Assembly: GCA_019248485.1 (NCBI GenBank)
Contig: JAEHGL010000002.1
Location: 1,324 to 65,323 of the forward strand
Direction: 5' to 3'
Source of the DNA: Candidatus Komeilibacteria bacterium S5_K13
GTDB lineage: Bacteria; Patescibacteriota; Patescibacteriia; UBA1558; S5-K13
DNA: 64,000 nt
A program made the translations under genes and the position numbers. This document shows positions 44,835-55,542 of the stretch, in pieces. The first letter of the stretch is position 1, and every line of letters begins with the position of its first letter. The notes below the pieces were generated by a model, which was given only the letters and a program-made list of their open reading frames with translations, did no database searches and was not told where the DNA came from.

Positions 44835-45518
44835 ATGGGTTGGTATGAGCTTTATAAGAACAATCATTATGCCGGTGGTATGGACTTTGATTGTTTCGCT
44901 GCTGTTATTTGCAATAACAAACAGTTGATTCACGAGTTAAAACATCTTATTAGATTACACAATGAAGATGAACATAGGCGAAATCTATGCTTTGTGATAT
45001 TTTCTAGAAGACTCATTGAAGGTGTTTTGACATATTTTAGTGAACATACCTGGAGTAGAGAAAGCAATAAAAATCTTTTACTTTCTAATGAGTTTTTGTC
45101 GGCATGCGCTAAGCAGATGGAGGTTATTCCAGAAAATGAGAGTATAATTCGACAAGCTAAGGCACTAAATCAGGGTTTGTTAAAAGGTACTTTGATGACA
45201 GAACATACAAAAAATGATACTAATGTGGAAAAAGAATCATTGGATGAAATTTTTTCTCATTGCGTAAACAATGATATTGAAGAAGAGTCATTGCTCTCTG
45301 CGATAAAATCTTTCCGCGAATGTATCTGGGATGAAAACGTCAGAAAGAACCTTGTGTCTATTAAGGACCTTTTAAATTCATGCGCCAAGATGCCAGATAT
45401 CCTTGCAAATCAAGAGATTAGACGCCAAGCAAAATATCTGTTGATAAACTTTGTTGATGGTTCGATTCCAAAAGACGTCATTCGAGATGTTGAGGCGCTC
45501 GTTTTAGGGATAAAATAA
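44835..45518 (+). CDS. hypothetical protein
   Basis: ~227 aa; SD AAGGAG 10 nt upstream of ATG 44835. The listed 44829 start uses TTG. A 19-aa SD-bearing uORF (44789-44848) overlaps the start. Confidence 0.4.
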   Translation: MGWYELYKNNHYAGGMDFDCFAAVICNNKQLIHELKHLIRLHNEDEHRRNLCFVIFSRRLIEGVLTYFSEHTWSRESNKNLLLSNEFLSACAKQMEVIPENESIIRQAKALNQGLLKGTLMTEHTKNDTNVEKESLDEIFSHCVNNDIEEESLLSAIKSFRECIWDENVRKNLVSIKDLLNSCAKMPDILANQEIRRQAKYLLINFVDGSIPKDVIRDVEALVLGIK

Positions 45519-45600
45519 ACCAAGAAAATAATAAAAATTAAACCGCTTCGAATGAGGCGGTTTTTTAATCTGCATACAACTAAATACTAATCACTAAATA

Positions 45601-46170
45601 CTATTTAATAATTTTATCTATTAATCCATATTTTACAGCCTCACTTGCATTGAGGTAATAATCTCTATCAGTGTCATTTTCAATTTTTTTAATGTTTTGA
45701 CCCGTTTGCTCGGCTAAAATTTTGTTTAACTTATCTTTTATTCTTAAAATTTGCTCTGCTTTTATTTTGATATCAGTAGCTTGTCCTTCTGCCCCACCCA
45801 TTACTTGATGAAGTAAGATTTCAGCATTTGGAAGTGCAAATCTTTTTCCCTTTGTTCCACCAGACAAGAGTACTGCCGCCATAGAAGCAGAAAGTCCTAT
45901 TGCAATTGTAGATACTTCGGACTTTATAAATTGCATTGTGTCATAAATTGCTAGACCATCGGTAACGCTTCCGCCGGGGCAATTGATATAGAGTTTTATG
46001 TCTTTATTGTTTTCAGAATCAAGGAATAGAAGTTGTGCTATGACAGTGTTTGCAACGGCATCGTTTATTGGACTTCCTAGGAATATTATTCTTTCTTTGA
46101 GTAGGCGAGAGTAAATATCATAGGCACGTTCACCCATGTTTGATTTTTCTATAACTGTTGGTATAAGCAT
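45601..46170 (-). CDS. clpP: ATP-dependent Clp protease proteolytic subunit
   Basis: [14 protein letters not shown] with catalytic Ser; the catalytic His is in LHQVMGG. Confidence 0.9.
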   Translation of the reverse strand: MLIPTVIEKSNMGERAYDIYSRLLKERIIFLGSPINDAVANTVIAQLLFLDSENNKDIKLYINCPGGSVTDGLAIYDTMQFIKSEVSTIAIGLSASMAAVLLSGGTKGKRFALPNAEILLHQVMGGAEGQATDIKIKAEQILRIKDKLNKILAEQTGQNIKKIENDTDRDYYLNASEAVKYGLIDKIIK

Positions 46171-46261
46171 ATAAGTATTTTTTATTTATTATTTTTAATT
46201 TTGAAAATGATTTATTATTTAGACATTTACTATTTAAATTTTAAAATTTATAAATTTAAAA

Positions 46262-46385
46262 TTAATTGTCTTTCGACCCCGGAGCTCAAGACCGAGGGGA
46301 AATTTGCTAAATTGTCTTTCGATCCTGTCTTCGACTCACTACGTTCGCTCAGCATCGCTTAGACTCGAGGAGAGATCTCGAGATC
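46262..46385 (-). promoter_or_regulatory. GC-rich upstream module B (reverse-complement partner of module A)
   Basis: Reverse complement contains ctctcctcgagtctaagcgatgctgagcga (29 of 30 match to A), followed by gagtcgaagac / atcgaaagac / gtcgaaagac repeats; also a 12-nt palindrome gatctcgagatc. Lies 90-215 nt upstream of the clpP start. Confidence 0.5.
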
Positions 46386-46401
46386 GAAGGAAAAATTGAA
46401 A

Positions 46402-47370
46402 TTATCCAACTATTTTCCACATCCCATTTTTGAGTTCTAGGCGACCATCTACTTCAAATCCAGACGCTTTCCTGTGACCTCCACCACCGAAAGCAAGCGC
46501 TATTTGAGACACATCAACATCATCTCTTGTTGTTCTTAAACTACCTTTTATTTTACCACTTTCATTATCTTTGAGTAGAATGCTAAATTTTATATCGCTA
46601 GACAGATTATTTAGATAATTTGAAATGCCTTCTGAAGCCTCATTATCCAAATCAAGACTTTTTAAATCGCTTTCAAATACAGCAGTTTCAACCATTTGTA
46701 GTTCTGTATTATATACGATTCTTTTTAATACAATTCCCCAAAGCTTGAGAACGGAAATTGTTTTGTTGTAAACATTTGCTTTTAATATTTCTTTGAAGTT
46801 TGCACCTATCTCAAGAAGCTTGGATGCAATTTCTATAGATTGTTTTGTAGTCGCATTGTTTGTAAAATTTCCAGTATCAGTGATGATTCCGGTCAGTAGG
46901 TTTGTTGCTATGTCAGAGTTTATTTCGTATCCGATTTTTTTTAATATTAGATAAACTATTTCAGCAGTGGAGGATGCCTCGTTCATTACAATGTTTAAAT
47001 CTCCAAACCCAGGATTTGTAAAATGATGATCAATATTTACAAGTCCAAATTTTGATTTTAGAGTTTTTATTTTTTCTTCTATTTTTGTCATGTATAAGTC
47101 ACCGCAATCAAGCGTTACTATAAGGTCATATTCGTTTTCTATTTTATCTAAGCTGTTCTTTATCAAGTTTACGCCATGAAGATAATTGAAGTTTTCGGGA
47201 AAGGCATCAACGCAGAAAGACAAAACATCCTTATTCAAAGTGATAAGGAGTTTCTGCATTGATAGAATACTTCCTATTGCATCTCCGTCTGGATTACGAT
47301 GTGTGAGAAGCAATATTTTTTGGGAGTTTTCTACAAGGTCAAAGAATTTTTTGATATTTTCATCGTACAT
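46402..47370 (-). CDS. nrnA: DHH/DHHA1 phosphoesterase (NrnA-like nanoRNase / pAp phosphatase)
   Basis: HRNPDGDAIGS, NIDHH and GGGGHRKASG motifs. Confidence 0.8.
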   Translation of the reverse strand: MYDENIKKFFDLVENSQKILLLTHRNPDGDAIGSILSMQKLLITLNKDVLSFCVDAFPENFNYLHGVNLIKNSLDKIENEYDLIVTLDCGDLYMTKIEEKIKTLKSKFGLVNIDHHFTNPGFGDLNIVMNEASSTAEIVYLILKKIGYEINSDIATNLLTGIITDTGNFTNNATTKQSIEIASKLLEIGANFKEILKANVYNKTISVLKLWGIVLKRIVYNTELQMVETAVFESDLKSLDLDNEASEGISNYLNNLSSDIKFSILLKDNESGKIKGSLRTTRDDVDVSQIALAFGGGGHRKASGFEVDGRLELKNGMWKIVG

Positions 47371-47473
47371 GGCTTGTTTTTCCGTCTTATTTATTTCATT
47401 AGATACTTATTGCGTGGAAGGTTTTGTGTATTATTTTTTATAGATCTTTTTATTTTTTAATGTTTTTGAAGCG

Positions 47474-47815
47474 CTATCTAACGGAGTTTATTTCGTCAAT
47501 TACATCACTTATTACAATTCTCTTTACTTCGTGTTCATCTATATGGAAATGCAATTTTGGAACAGTATAAAATCTTATTGTCTTACTTAATTCTTTTTGT
47601 AGAATATGAGCATTCTTTTTTAATATAGAAAGTGCGCTCCCACGATAAGTATCTGGAATAACAGAGATGAATATTTTCGCATATTTCAAGTCAGGACTTA
47701 TTTCTGATCTCGTTATTGTTATAAGATAATTAGAGATCTCAAGAGTTTTGCTTATTATTTGTGTTAGCTGGTGTAATATTTCGCTCGATACTTGCTGTGT
47801 TCTTATTGTAGACAT
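47474..47815 (-). CDS. rbfA: ribosome-binding factor A
   Basis: 113 aa RbfA-like protein immediately downstream of infB. Confidence 0.85.
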   Translation of the reverse strand: MSTIRTQQVSSEILHQLTQIISKTLEISNYLITITRSEISPDLKYAKIFISVIPDTYRGSALSILKKNAHILQKELSKTIRFYTVPKLHFHIDEHEVKRIVISDVIDEINSVR

Positions 47816-47818
47816 ATT

Positions 47819-49852
47819 TTATACTGTTTTTTCTTTGTAAATTTCTAATAGGTCGTCTTTTTTGATGATGGTGTTTCCTATAAATTCAAGACCGCATTCT
47901 GATCCTTGGCTTACTTCAGAAACGTTTTCTTTTCCGCTTTGAAGGCTTCCAATTTTTCCAATGCCCAAAAGTTTCCCAAGTCTCATTACTTTTGTGGTGC
48001 CCTCTTTTATTATTTTGCCCCTTATTACTTTTCCACCAATTACCATTTTTCCGTTTAGAGTTTTAAATATTGCAAGAACTTGTAATTCTCCAACTTGCTC
48101 TCTAACTACTTTGAGGGAAATTAATTTTTTCAAATCTTCTTCTAGATCTTCCAGTAATTTATATATAATCTTGTATTCTTTTATTACAACGCCCTTTTCT
48201 TTTGCTAGGAGTTCGGCATTTGAATCTATTTTAACATGAAATCCTAGGACCATTGAATTTGTTGTTTCCCCATCAATAATATCTTTGTCTGTAATTGATC
48301 CAAGTCCTGATTTTACGATTTTTAATTCAATATTATTTGTTTGGAATTCTTCTTTTGCTCCTAGCTTTTTTATAGATTCAATAATTGCTCCTTGAGAGCC
48401 TATCATATCAGTTTTAAGTATTATATTTAGGGATTTTGATGTTTCATCATCTTCGCTTTCTACTTTTTGATTTCCAGAATATTCTGTTCTTTGCATGCCG
48501 CCAGTCTTTTGGCTTCCTTTTTTAGCATCTTTAAGTTCATGAGCTGAAATTTCTGCATTAAATATATCTCCCACAATAGGCGCGTCTTTGAATCCTAAAA
48601 TTCGCACTGGTGTTGATGGGCCAGCACTTTTTAGTGTGTTGCCTAAGTGATCTGCCATTAACTTTACTTTTCCATGAGTTGCTCCCGATACGAATTCATC
48701 TCCTACTTTTAGAGTTCCAGTTTGAATAAGTACGCTTGCAATAGGGCCTTGATTTTTATCAATATGAGATTCTATTATTGTCCCAATTGCTTTTCTGCTT
48801 GCGTCAGCAGATAGATTCTCCATCTCAGCGACAAGATTTACCATTTCTAGAAGTTCGGTAATATTTTTTCCTTCTTTTGCAGAAATTGGCACGCAGATAG
48901 TTTTGCCACCCCAATCTTCGCACATAAGATTTAGTTCTGCTAATTCTTTTTTGACCTTTTCTATATCTGATTCAGGTTTGTCTACTTTATTTATTGCAAT
49001 AACGAATGGAAGATTCTCTTTTTGTGCGAGTTCAATAGACTCTATTGTCTGAGGCTTTAGCCCTTCATCTGCAGCAACAACAATAATTCCAACATCTGCA
49101 ATTTTGGTACCACGGGATCTCATTGCGCGAAAGGCTTCATGACCCGGTGTATCTAAAAATGTTATTCTTTTTCCATTTAGTTCTACGCTATAGGCACCAA
49201 TGTGCTGAGTAATATTTCCGCTCTCAGTATCTATGATATTTGTTTTTCTAATGGTGTCTAATAATTTTGTTTTTCCATGATCAACGTGTCCCATTACAAC
49301 GACGACAGGAGGTTTTGGAGTTTTGTTTGTATCTTTTGCTAAAAGATCTTCTAATTGCTTTACTTTTTGAAGCTCGTTTTCCTGATCTTTTATCTCATTA
49401 TTGCTTTTTTCTACTTTAAACCCAAGATCTTCTCCTATAATAGACGCAGTATCAAAATCAATGCTTGAGTTAAGAGAAACCATTATTCCATTTTTCATTA
49501 GTTCTGTCATAACGTTTTTAAGCGGTGTCCCCATTTTCTCAGCTAGATCTTTGACTATTATGTTATCTTCTATTTGAATAGATCTTTGTGCTTTTGTGGC
49601 TTCAATCTTGCCATTATCATCTTGGATTTTTATTTCAGTTATTTTGGCCTCTTCTTTTTCAAATTTGAGCCTTTTTTCTCTTTCTTTGTATGCCTCTATT
49701 ATCTTTTCTACAAGGTGGTCGCTTACTTTTATTGCTCTTGCACCAATATCAAAGCCAAGCTCTGGTAATATTAGGAGAAGCTCTGCTGTTGTGATGTTTA
49801 ATTTTCTTGCTAGTTCTGTTACATTCATGTATTTGTTTCCAGTCGTATGCAT
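47819..49852 (-). CDS. infB: translation initiation factor IF-2
   Basis: GHVDHGKT G-domain with DTPGHEAF and NKVD motifs; the true start may be the internal MNVTELARKL at 49828. Confidence 0.95.
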   Translation of the reverse strand: MHTTGNKYMNVTELARKLNITTAELLLILPELGFDIGARAIKVSDHLVEKIIEAYKEREKRLKFEKEEAKITEIKIQDDNGKIEATKAQRSIQIEDNIIVKDLAEKMGTPLKNVMTELMKNGIMVSLNSSIDFDTASIIGEDLGFKVEKSNNEIKDQENELQKVKQLEDLLAKDTNKTPKPPVVVVMGHVDHGKTKLLDTIRKTNIIDTESGNITQHIGAYSVELNGKRITFLDTPGHEAFRAMRSRGTKIADVGIIVVAADEGLKPQTIESIELAQKENLPFVIAINKVDKPESDIEKVKKELAELNLMCEDWGGKTICVPISAKEGKNITELLEMVNLVAEMENLSADASRKAIGTIIESHIDKNQGPIASVLIQTGTLKVGDEFVSGATHGKVKLMADHLGNTLKSAGPSTPVRILGFKDAPIVGDIFNAEISAHELKDAKKGSQKTGGMQRTEYSGNQKVESEDDETSKSLNIILKTDMIGSQGAIIESIKKLGAKEEFQTNNIELKIVKSGLGSITDKDIIDGETTNSMVLGFHVKIDSNAELLAKEKGVVIKEYKIIYKLLEDLEEDLKKLISLKVVREQVGELQVLAIFKTLNGKMVIGGKVIRGKIIKEGTTKVMRLGKLLGIGKIGSLQSGKENVSEVSQGSECGLEFIGNTIIKKDDLLEIYKEKTV

Positions 49853-49946
49853 GTCATAGCGACATACTGTGAACTGGATTATTGTTAGTTTAATCAGTTA
49901 TATTAATATGTTTTTGTTTTCTTGTCAAATTGACAAAATCACTTAA

Positions 49947-51113
49947 TTGGAATATATTGTTCTATTAAGTAATTTTATGGATATCAATTTATTACAAAAT
50001 TTAAATAGAGCAATAGATCAAAGCAATAAGATTTTAATATTGCTCCCACTCGATTATAACGGAGATGCCATTTCAGGCGCTATGGCTTTTTATAATTATC
50101 TAAAAGATAATACAAAAGATAAGCTAATTGACTTAATTTTACCTCAAAAACCAAAAAAAATATACAGTTTTTTGCCAAGTATAGATGAATCACAACTTGA
50201 AACAAAGATCAAAAAGAATTTTGTAATTTCTGTTGATACAACAAAAAAGAAAATACAAAAAATAAGCTATGGTGAAAATGTGGGGAGTTTTGATCTTGTG
50301 ATTCATTGTGAAAAAGATGTAATTGAGCCAAATGAGGTAACGTGGAGATATGAAGAGATATATGATCTTATAATTACGTTTAATTGTGCAGATGAGAATT
50401 CTTTGGGAAGTATTTATAAACAAAACAAGGTTTTTTTTGATAAAACGTTTTTGGTCAATATCTCAAACGTTAGATCGCTGGCTGATTTTGTAGATGTAGA
50501 TTTAGTGAGTTATGACAATGGATCGGTTTCTGAAATGGTTTATAAGATTTTTTCTTACAATAATATTTTTATAAGTAGTAATATAGCAAATTGTCTTATG
50601 TCGGGACTTGTCTTTGCTACCCGTGGGTTTACAAGTCAAAATATTACTCCTCGCATGTTAGAGATTGCTAGCAAATTAATGGACTTAGGCGCTGAGAGAG
50701 AAAGAATTATGTCCAAAATTTATCAGACAAAATCTATTGAGCTCCTTAAGTCATGGGGGTCTATATTGTCAGGACTTAAGTATGATAATGAGCATAAAAT
50801 TGCATGGAGCGAGATGAATTCTTCAAAAAACGAAGAAGGAGATCTTGAAATAGAAGACCTTATTGACGAGCTTATTTCAAAAGCTTTTCAAGCAGAGATA
50901 ATAGTTCTGTTTGAAATAGTAGAGAAGAATCTTATAAAAGCACATATTTATTCAAATTTTAAATATGATTCATTTGATTTAATAAAAAATATACCAGAAG
51001 CTCTTAATATAAAAGGCAATAGCGATATCTTAAATTTTGAGATAAAAGAAATAACAGATGATGCAAAAGAAAAGATTTTAAATGCTATAAAAAGAAGAGT
51101 AGATCAAAAATAA
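49947..51113 (+). CDS. DHH-like protein with degenerate catalytic motifs (NrnA paralog)
   Basis: N-terminus NKILILLPLDYNGDAISG aligns to NrnA QKILLLTHRNPDGDAIGS, but the DHH triad position reads SNV. Confidence 0.5.
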   Translation: MEYIVLLSNFMDINLLQNLNRAIDQSNKILILLPLDYNGDAISGAMAFYNYLKDNTKDKLIDLILPQKPKKIYSFLPSIDESQLETKIKKNFVISVDTTKKKIQKISYGENVGSFDLVIHCEKDVIEPNEVTWRYEEIYDLIITFNCADENSLGSIYKQNKVFFDKTFLVNISNVRSLADFVDVDLVSYDNGSVSEMVYKIFSYNNIFISSNIANCLMSGLVFATRGFTSQNITPRMLEIASKLMDLGAERERIMSKIYQTKSIELLKSWGSILSGLKYDNEHKIAWSEMNSSKNEEGDLEIEDLIDELISKAFQAEIIVLFEIVEKNLIKAHIYSNFKYDSFDLIKNIPEALNIKGNSDILNFEIKEITDDAKEKILNAIKRRVDQK

Positions 51114-51120
51114 AAATTCC

Positions 51121-51150
51121 CGAAGAGGGAATTTTTAAACAGCCTAAAAT
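51121..51150 (+). terminator. terminator hairpin aattccc-gaaga-gggaatt plus T-run
   Basis: Follows the 49947..51113 CDS. Confidence 0.45.
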
Positions 51151-51165
51151 TTTTATAATAAATTT

Positions 51166-51242
51166 TGGTGGGCATAGATGGACTTGAACCATCGACCCCC
51201 ACTTTATAAGAGTGATGCTCTAACCAACTGAGCTATATGCCC
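51166..51242 (-). tRNA. tRNA-Ile with anticodon UAU
   Basis: Minus-strand GGGCAUAUAGCUCAGUUGGUUAGAGCAUCACUCUUAUAAAGUGGGGGUCGAUGGUUCAAGUCCAUCUAUGCCCACCA; 7-bp acceptor, Ile-type body, anticodon loop CUUAUAA, encoded CCA. Confidence 0.75.
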
Positions 51243-51321
51243 AAAATTTTATTAATTATTGACTAACATTGCATTTGGCACAATTCCAACTGTCGAAGTG
51301 AGACAGAGATCCTGCTTGGCG

Positions 51322-51425
51322 GGAAGCTACCTGTCTCGCTCGCCTCGCTATCGCTATTTGCCTCGACTTGCGTCTATAGCAAGGCGGGTGGCGAAGCGGG
51401 TCGTTGGCGTAAGCCGAGGCGGATA
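51322..51425. repeat. ~105-nt GC-rich direct repeat R1
   Basis: gggaagctacctgtctcgctcgcctcgctatcgctatttgcctcgacttgcgtctatagcaaggcgggtggcgaagcgggtcgttggcgtaagccgaggcgga; matches 51734-51835 with 6 mismatches; ~60% GC. Confidence 0.6.
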
Positions 51426-51476
51426 TGTTCAAAATTCAATTACAGTTATCTTATTATAAAAGGTTATAAAAATCAA

Positions 51477-51553
51477 TGGTGGGCGTATCTGGATTTGAAC
51501 CAGAGACCTTTACGATGTCAACGTAACGCTCTAACCAACTGAGCTATACGCCC
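51477..51553 (-). tRNA. tRNA-Val with anticodon GAC
   Basis: Minus-strand GGGCGUAUAGCUCAGUUGGUUAGAGCGUUACGUUGACAUCGUAAAGGUCUCUGGUUCAAAUCCAGAUACGCCCACCA; anticodon loop UUGACAU. Confidence 0.85.
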
Positions 51554-51591
51554 GAATAATTTGTTATAGAACTATAATATTTAAAACGGTT

Positions 51592-51647
51592 TCTCTAACC
51601 CCAGCCAGAGGCTGGTCCGCCTTCGGCGGAAACTGAGCTATACACCC
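51592..51647 (-). pseudogene. tRNA-Val 5' fragment interrupted in the D-loop by the 33-nt double-hairpin element
   Basis: Plus-strand tctctaacc | ccagccagaggctggtccgccttcggcgga | aactgagctatacaccc compared with intact tRNA-Val gctctaacc|aactgagctatacgccc; no anticodon or T arm follows. Confidence 0.5.
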
Positions 51648-51733
51648 TAAATATTTTTTATTTATTATCTTTAATTTTCAATTAACAAACTCATCTGTCG
51701 TAGCATAGTGTAGATCCCGAGCTTATTGAGGGA

Positions 51734-51835
51734 AGTTACCCGTCTCGCTCGCCTCGTTATCGCTACTTGCCTCGACTTGCGTCTATAGCAAGGCGGGTGG
51801 CGAAGCGGATCGTTGGCGTAAGCCGAGGCGGACGA
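51734..51835. repeat. ~105-nt GC-rich direct repeat R2
   Basis: See R1. On the minus strand both copies sit ~85 nt upstream of a tRNA (R1 before tRNA-Ile, R2 before the tRNA-Val fragment), with weaker homology extending a further ~60 nt. Confidence 0.6.
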
Positions 51836-51969
51836 ACCCACTATAATGTTTTTATAATATAATAAATAAAATGTTTTGTTAAGGGGTGTGGGGTGCTTTT
51901 TATTTATATTGACAAAAATTTATATAGTCTTTAAGATAAAGAAAATTATATTTCCATAAGGGAGGAAAA

Positions 51970-53019
51970 ATGAAAGCTCAAATATTGAGCAGAAAGGACA
52001 AGGTGTTTGCGCGTGTTTCCGTGGATGAATTGCTGGTTTATTTAGCGAGCAATTATGACCCGGATAAGGTAATGGAAATTGCAGAGTCTTGTGGTTTTGA
52101 TTTGGATAGCGCCCTAGCAACTTGGAGTTTCTCAAGACATTTTCATGAGCATGGCAAGGATCATTTTGAAGAAAGACTCATCCACTGGAGGGGCATTTAT
52201 TATAAGCACAATGAGCTTAGGTATAAATGTCCAAGCAAGATGGAATACAAGGGTTTTCTTAAGAAGCTTATTTTAAGTGGTTACAGCTATCAATTCACAG
52301 CAATTAAGAGCATTGAGATTCTGGAGAAGTTTGCTGGTGGAAGACTTTTGATAAGTGGATCAGAAAACGTCGTGTCATCTAGTGATGCTTCTTTTCTGGA
52401 TTATATAAAAAGTGGTGAGTGTTACAAAGAAGAGTTGACGGTATATTTTGAAAATATTCCAGAACTTTTTTTCTCATTTAGTTTTTACGATGAAGAGGGT
52501 GAGCGTAAAGCATTTGTGTGCTGTATTCATTGTTCTTCTCGTAATGCCGATTTTGAGAAGAATACGTATGTTTATACAAGAGGAGGAATTCGTAAATATT
52601 ATAATGTACCAGAATATTTCAATAACAGATTTATGCAATTTATGTCGCGGGGACTGCTTATTGGATTTTTTAGCTCGGAATCAACGCTTACTAATTGTTT
52701 GTGTGAATATTTACAATCAAGAAATGTTCTTTTGCCGAATTTACATTATACAAGCAATATGTCACCATATGAAATGAAAACCGAAATTGAGAAAATGATG
52801 GAAGAGTCTTCCATGGATATCGAAAGTCTCAATTCTCTTGTAAGAAGAGTAACAAAGATGGAAACAAAGAGAGGTGTTTTACCTCAGCATCTTACGTTTC
52901 TCATTCTTTATTTGAGAGACTTTGTTTTAAGAAGAAAGGCCCTTCTTAGTAAGTGGTCTAAAGAGAAAAATCTGAAGGCACTTCAAGAAGAATATGAAAA
53001 AACCTTAAAACCACAATAA
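51970..53019 (+). CDS. hypothetical protein
   Basis: 349 aa; strong SD AAGGGAGG. Confidence 0.45.
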   Translation: MKAQILSRKDKVFARVSVDELLVYLASNYDPDKVMEIAESCGFDLDSALATWSFSRHFHEHGKDHFEERLIHWRGIYYKHNELRYKCPSKMEYKGFLKKLILSGYSYQFTAIKSIEILEKFAGGRLLISGSENVVSSSDASFLDYIKSGECYKEELTVYFENIPELFFSFSFYDEEGERKAFVCCIHCSSRNADFEKNTYVYTRGGIRKYYNVPEYFNNRFMQFMSRGLLIGFFSSESTLTNCLCEYLQSRNVLLPNLHYTSNMSPYEMKTEIEKMMEESSMDIESLNSLVRRVTKMETKRGVLPQHLTFLILYLRDFVLRRKALLSKWSKEKNLKALQEEYEKTLKPQ

Positions 53020-53120
53020 AAACAATTCCCTACCAGATCATTTGATTAGGTGGGGTTTTTTAATTATCGTATATTTGTGATAAAATTATGTTATTAGTAG
53101 TTTATTTATACTTAAAATAA

Positions 53121-53633
53121 ATGACACAAACAATAGATGATTTATTGGCCTCTTCAATAGTAGATGATTCAAGTCAAAAAGATGCAAAAGTAGAAGAGTT
53201 GCCAAACAACAAAAAGCAGGAGAATGCGTTTATAAACACCGTGGCTCCAATAGATGAAAAAGAAGAGGCTAAGAATATAACCCCTATTTCGTCATATAAA
53301 CAACCAGAAGTATCGGGCGATAAATATAATTCTGAAAATATACAAAAAAATAATGACTCTTTTAAAAATAAAGTGGTAGATTTAAGTGGAGCGTTTGATG
53401 CTGTTATTGAAAAAAAGAAACAATTATCTCACGAAAATCGTCTGGACAAAAAAACAAATAAGAAAAAAACAAAATTTTTATATATATTTATTGTAATAAT
53501 TATTTGGATTATTATTGCCGTTATAGCAGTATCTGCAATAGTAAATAATCAAAAAGAATCAAAACAACGAGAAAAAGCAATACAGGAATTACAATTAAAA
53601 ATACAGCAACGCGCAAAAACATCAATAAAATAG
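53121..53633 (+). CDS. hypothetical protein with C-terminal TM anchor
   Basis: 170 aa; hydrophobic segment FLYIFIVIIIWIIIAVIAVSAIV. Confidence 0.4.
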   Translation: MTQTIDDLLASSIVDDSSQKDAKVEELPNNKKQENAFINTVAPIDEKEEAKNITPISSYKQPEVSGDKYNSENIQKNNDSFKNKVVDLSGAFDAVIEKKKQLSHENRLDKKTNKKKTKFLYIFIVIIIWIIIAVIAVSAIVNNQKESKQREKAIQELQLKIQQRAKTSIK

Positions 53634-53645
53634 TAACTTTATCTG

Positions 53646-54335
53646 TTAGGGTTTGATTATTACCTCGCCCTCTTGAATAGCGTCTTTACATACTGGCTTT
53701 ACTCCTCCTATGTCATACCAAATACATCCTTGTGTTATAGTACATGCTTGTTTGTCTTTTATTGCTGCGCAACCAGTTACTATTGTTTGACAGCTTCCAG
53801 CAACCTTACATATATTATCCCAACAACATCCAGATCCAGAAGCGTTACATGTATTTGAACTTGTGTAAGAACCACATAGAGTCTCTATAATAATGTCAGG
53901 CGACCCTTTGCACGACCCAGATGTACATAGAAAATCATAAGGATTGTTATTTAGATATCCCATTAAGTATGCTTTTCCACCAGATTTTATATATTGATAT
54001 TTAAAATTATTTGGTGATTTTGGTAGAGCGGTCATATATACAGTAGAGCCCCTTCTAAAGGTTTTGTTTTCACAAATATATGAATTGTTATATATAATAT
54101 TGTCTGCTGGACTGGTACAATCACCACTGCTCGCTGGATATTCTCCCCAGTCTACATAATATTTCTCAAATGCTGTAGCTATAGTTTTTAAATCAGACAT
54201 TATTTTTACGTCCTTGGCTTTGGATCTTGCATTGCTAAGCGCAATGACAGCAAAGCTAGACATAAGCCCTATTATTGAAATTACAACTAAAAGCTCTATC
54301 AATGTAAAGGCTTTTTTGTTTTTTTGTTTTTCCAT
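53646..54335 (-). CDS. type IV pilin-like protein (prepilin N-terminal domain)
   Basis: KKAFTLIELLVVISIIGLMSS class III signal/N-methylation motif with Ala at -1; Cys-rich C-terminal half. Confidence 0.7.
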   Translation of the reverse strand: MEKQKNKKAFTLIELLVVISIIGLMSSFAVIALSNARSKAKDVKIMSDLKTIATAFEKYYVDWGEYPASSGDCTSPADNIIYNNSYICENKTFRRGSTVYMTALPKSPNNFKYQYIKSGGKAYLMGYLNNNPYDFLCTSGSCKGSPDIIIETLCGSYTSSNTCNASGSGCCWDNICKVAGSCQTIVTGCAAIKDKQACTITQGCIWYDIGGVKPVCKDAIQEGEVIIKP

Positions 54336-54467
54336 AAATTTTTATTATAGTTAATAAACGTATATTATAACTATATTGCATATTCAAAGTAATTTCAATT
54401 ATTTGTTTCTAGTTATTATTTGAAAATAATATATTTTTAGTAAATAACTTTTTATTTTTAGGTTTTT

Positions 54468-54917
54468 ATGTATAATAAACACATGAAAAAATATTCAATA
54501 AAATACAAAAAATACATTTTGAAAAATATTGGTTCAGACGAATATAGAAATCATTTTATTTCAAAAGATAATGTTTTACTCGATGTTTTGCAAGATGGAA
54601 GATTTGCTTGCGCAAAATTTGTTTCAGAAGTTCTAAAAAAGTTTAGGATGATTAATGTTGTGCACGCAACTGTGAAATCAGCACAAAAAGACATGATGGC
54701 TTTTGGCTGGAAGGAAATAGAGTTAAGAGATATAAAACGAGGAGATGTTATTGTATGGGAGAGGAATGCTAGAGGAAACTTACATATTGGCTTTTATGTG
54801 GGTAGATATAGAGCAGTCAGTAATTCTTCTTCAAAAAGAGTGATTTGGAAACATCACTATAAGTATAGAGGAAAAAGAAAAATTGTGAGAGTTTTGAGTT
54901 TATTAGGGGAAGCTTGA
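54468..54917 (+). CDS. NlpC/P60-like papain-fold hydrolase, paralog 1, no signal peptide
   Basis: Cys context GRFACAKFVSEVL (compare DCSGFV) and His context HIGFYVGRYRAVSNS (compare HVGIYxGNGxxIHA). Confidence 0.5.
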   Translation: MYNKHMKKYSIKYKKYILKNIGSDEYRNHFISKDNVLLDVLQDGRFACAKFVSEVLKKFRMINVVHATVKSAQKDMMAFGWKEIELRDIKRGDVIVWERNARGNLHIGFYVGRYRAVSNSSSKRVIWKHHYKYRGKRKIVRVLSLLGEA

Positions 54918-54920
54918 CCC

Positions 54921-54960
54921 CATGAGATAGTAATCATCTCACGGGGTTGATTTTTTTGAT
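54921..54960 (+). terminator. terminator hairpin ccccatgagat-agtaatc-atctcacgggg plus T-run
   Basis: Immediately after paralog 1. Confidence 0.55.
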
Positions 54961-55004
54961 AATAGTTATAGTATAAAAATAGACTATAAAAATATGGAGG
55001 TTTT

Positions 55005-55382
55005 ATGAGCAATGTATTTCCAATCGTGAATCCCGATATTTTAGGGGTTCAAGTAATCGGTTTGGATTCGGGTGAATTTCATATAAGCATCAATGTTCCC
55101 ACAAGTACAGAAATTCATTTTCAAAATCTTGAAGAAGCGCTAAATTCTTGTAAGGGGAGTGATGTGGAAAAGTGTTTTTTTCATGTTGTAAGTGAGCCAT
55201 GCTCTAGGTTTATTGGCAAAGCCCTGATTTTTTATAAGGATTTTCACAAAGATTCACAACACGAAGTGTTTATTGTTTATTATGACAAAAATACTAAAAA
55301 TCTATTGAACATGCTCTGTATTGATGGTATTTTTAATGTTCTTAGCAGAGAAGAGTTTGAAGAGCAAAGAACAGCTAGTTAG
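55005..55382 (+). CDS. hypothetical protein
   Basis: 125 aa; SD GGAGG. Confidence 0.4.
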   Translation: MSNVFPIVNPDILGVQVIGLDSGEFHISINVPTSTEIHFQNLEEALNSCKGSDVEKCFFHVVSEPCSRFIGKALIFYKDFHKDSQHEVFIVYYDKNTKNLLNMLCIDGIFNVLSREEFEEQRTAS

Positions 55383-55542
55383 TTTATTGTTTTTATCGTA
55401 TATCCCCATTATTAATTGATGGGGATTTTTGTTTTCCTAAATTAATCTAGAGCTAATCTTAAAATAATGCTGAATTAATATCCTGTTGCTTTTTTTATTT
55501 ATCTATGGTTAAATACAAAGTTAGAAAATATGGGAGGAAGAG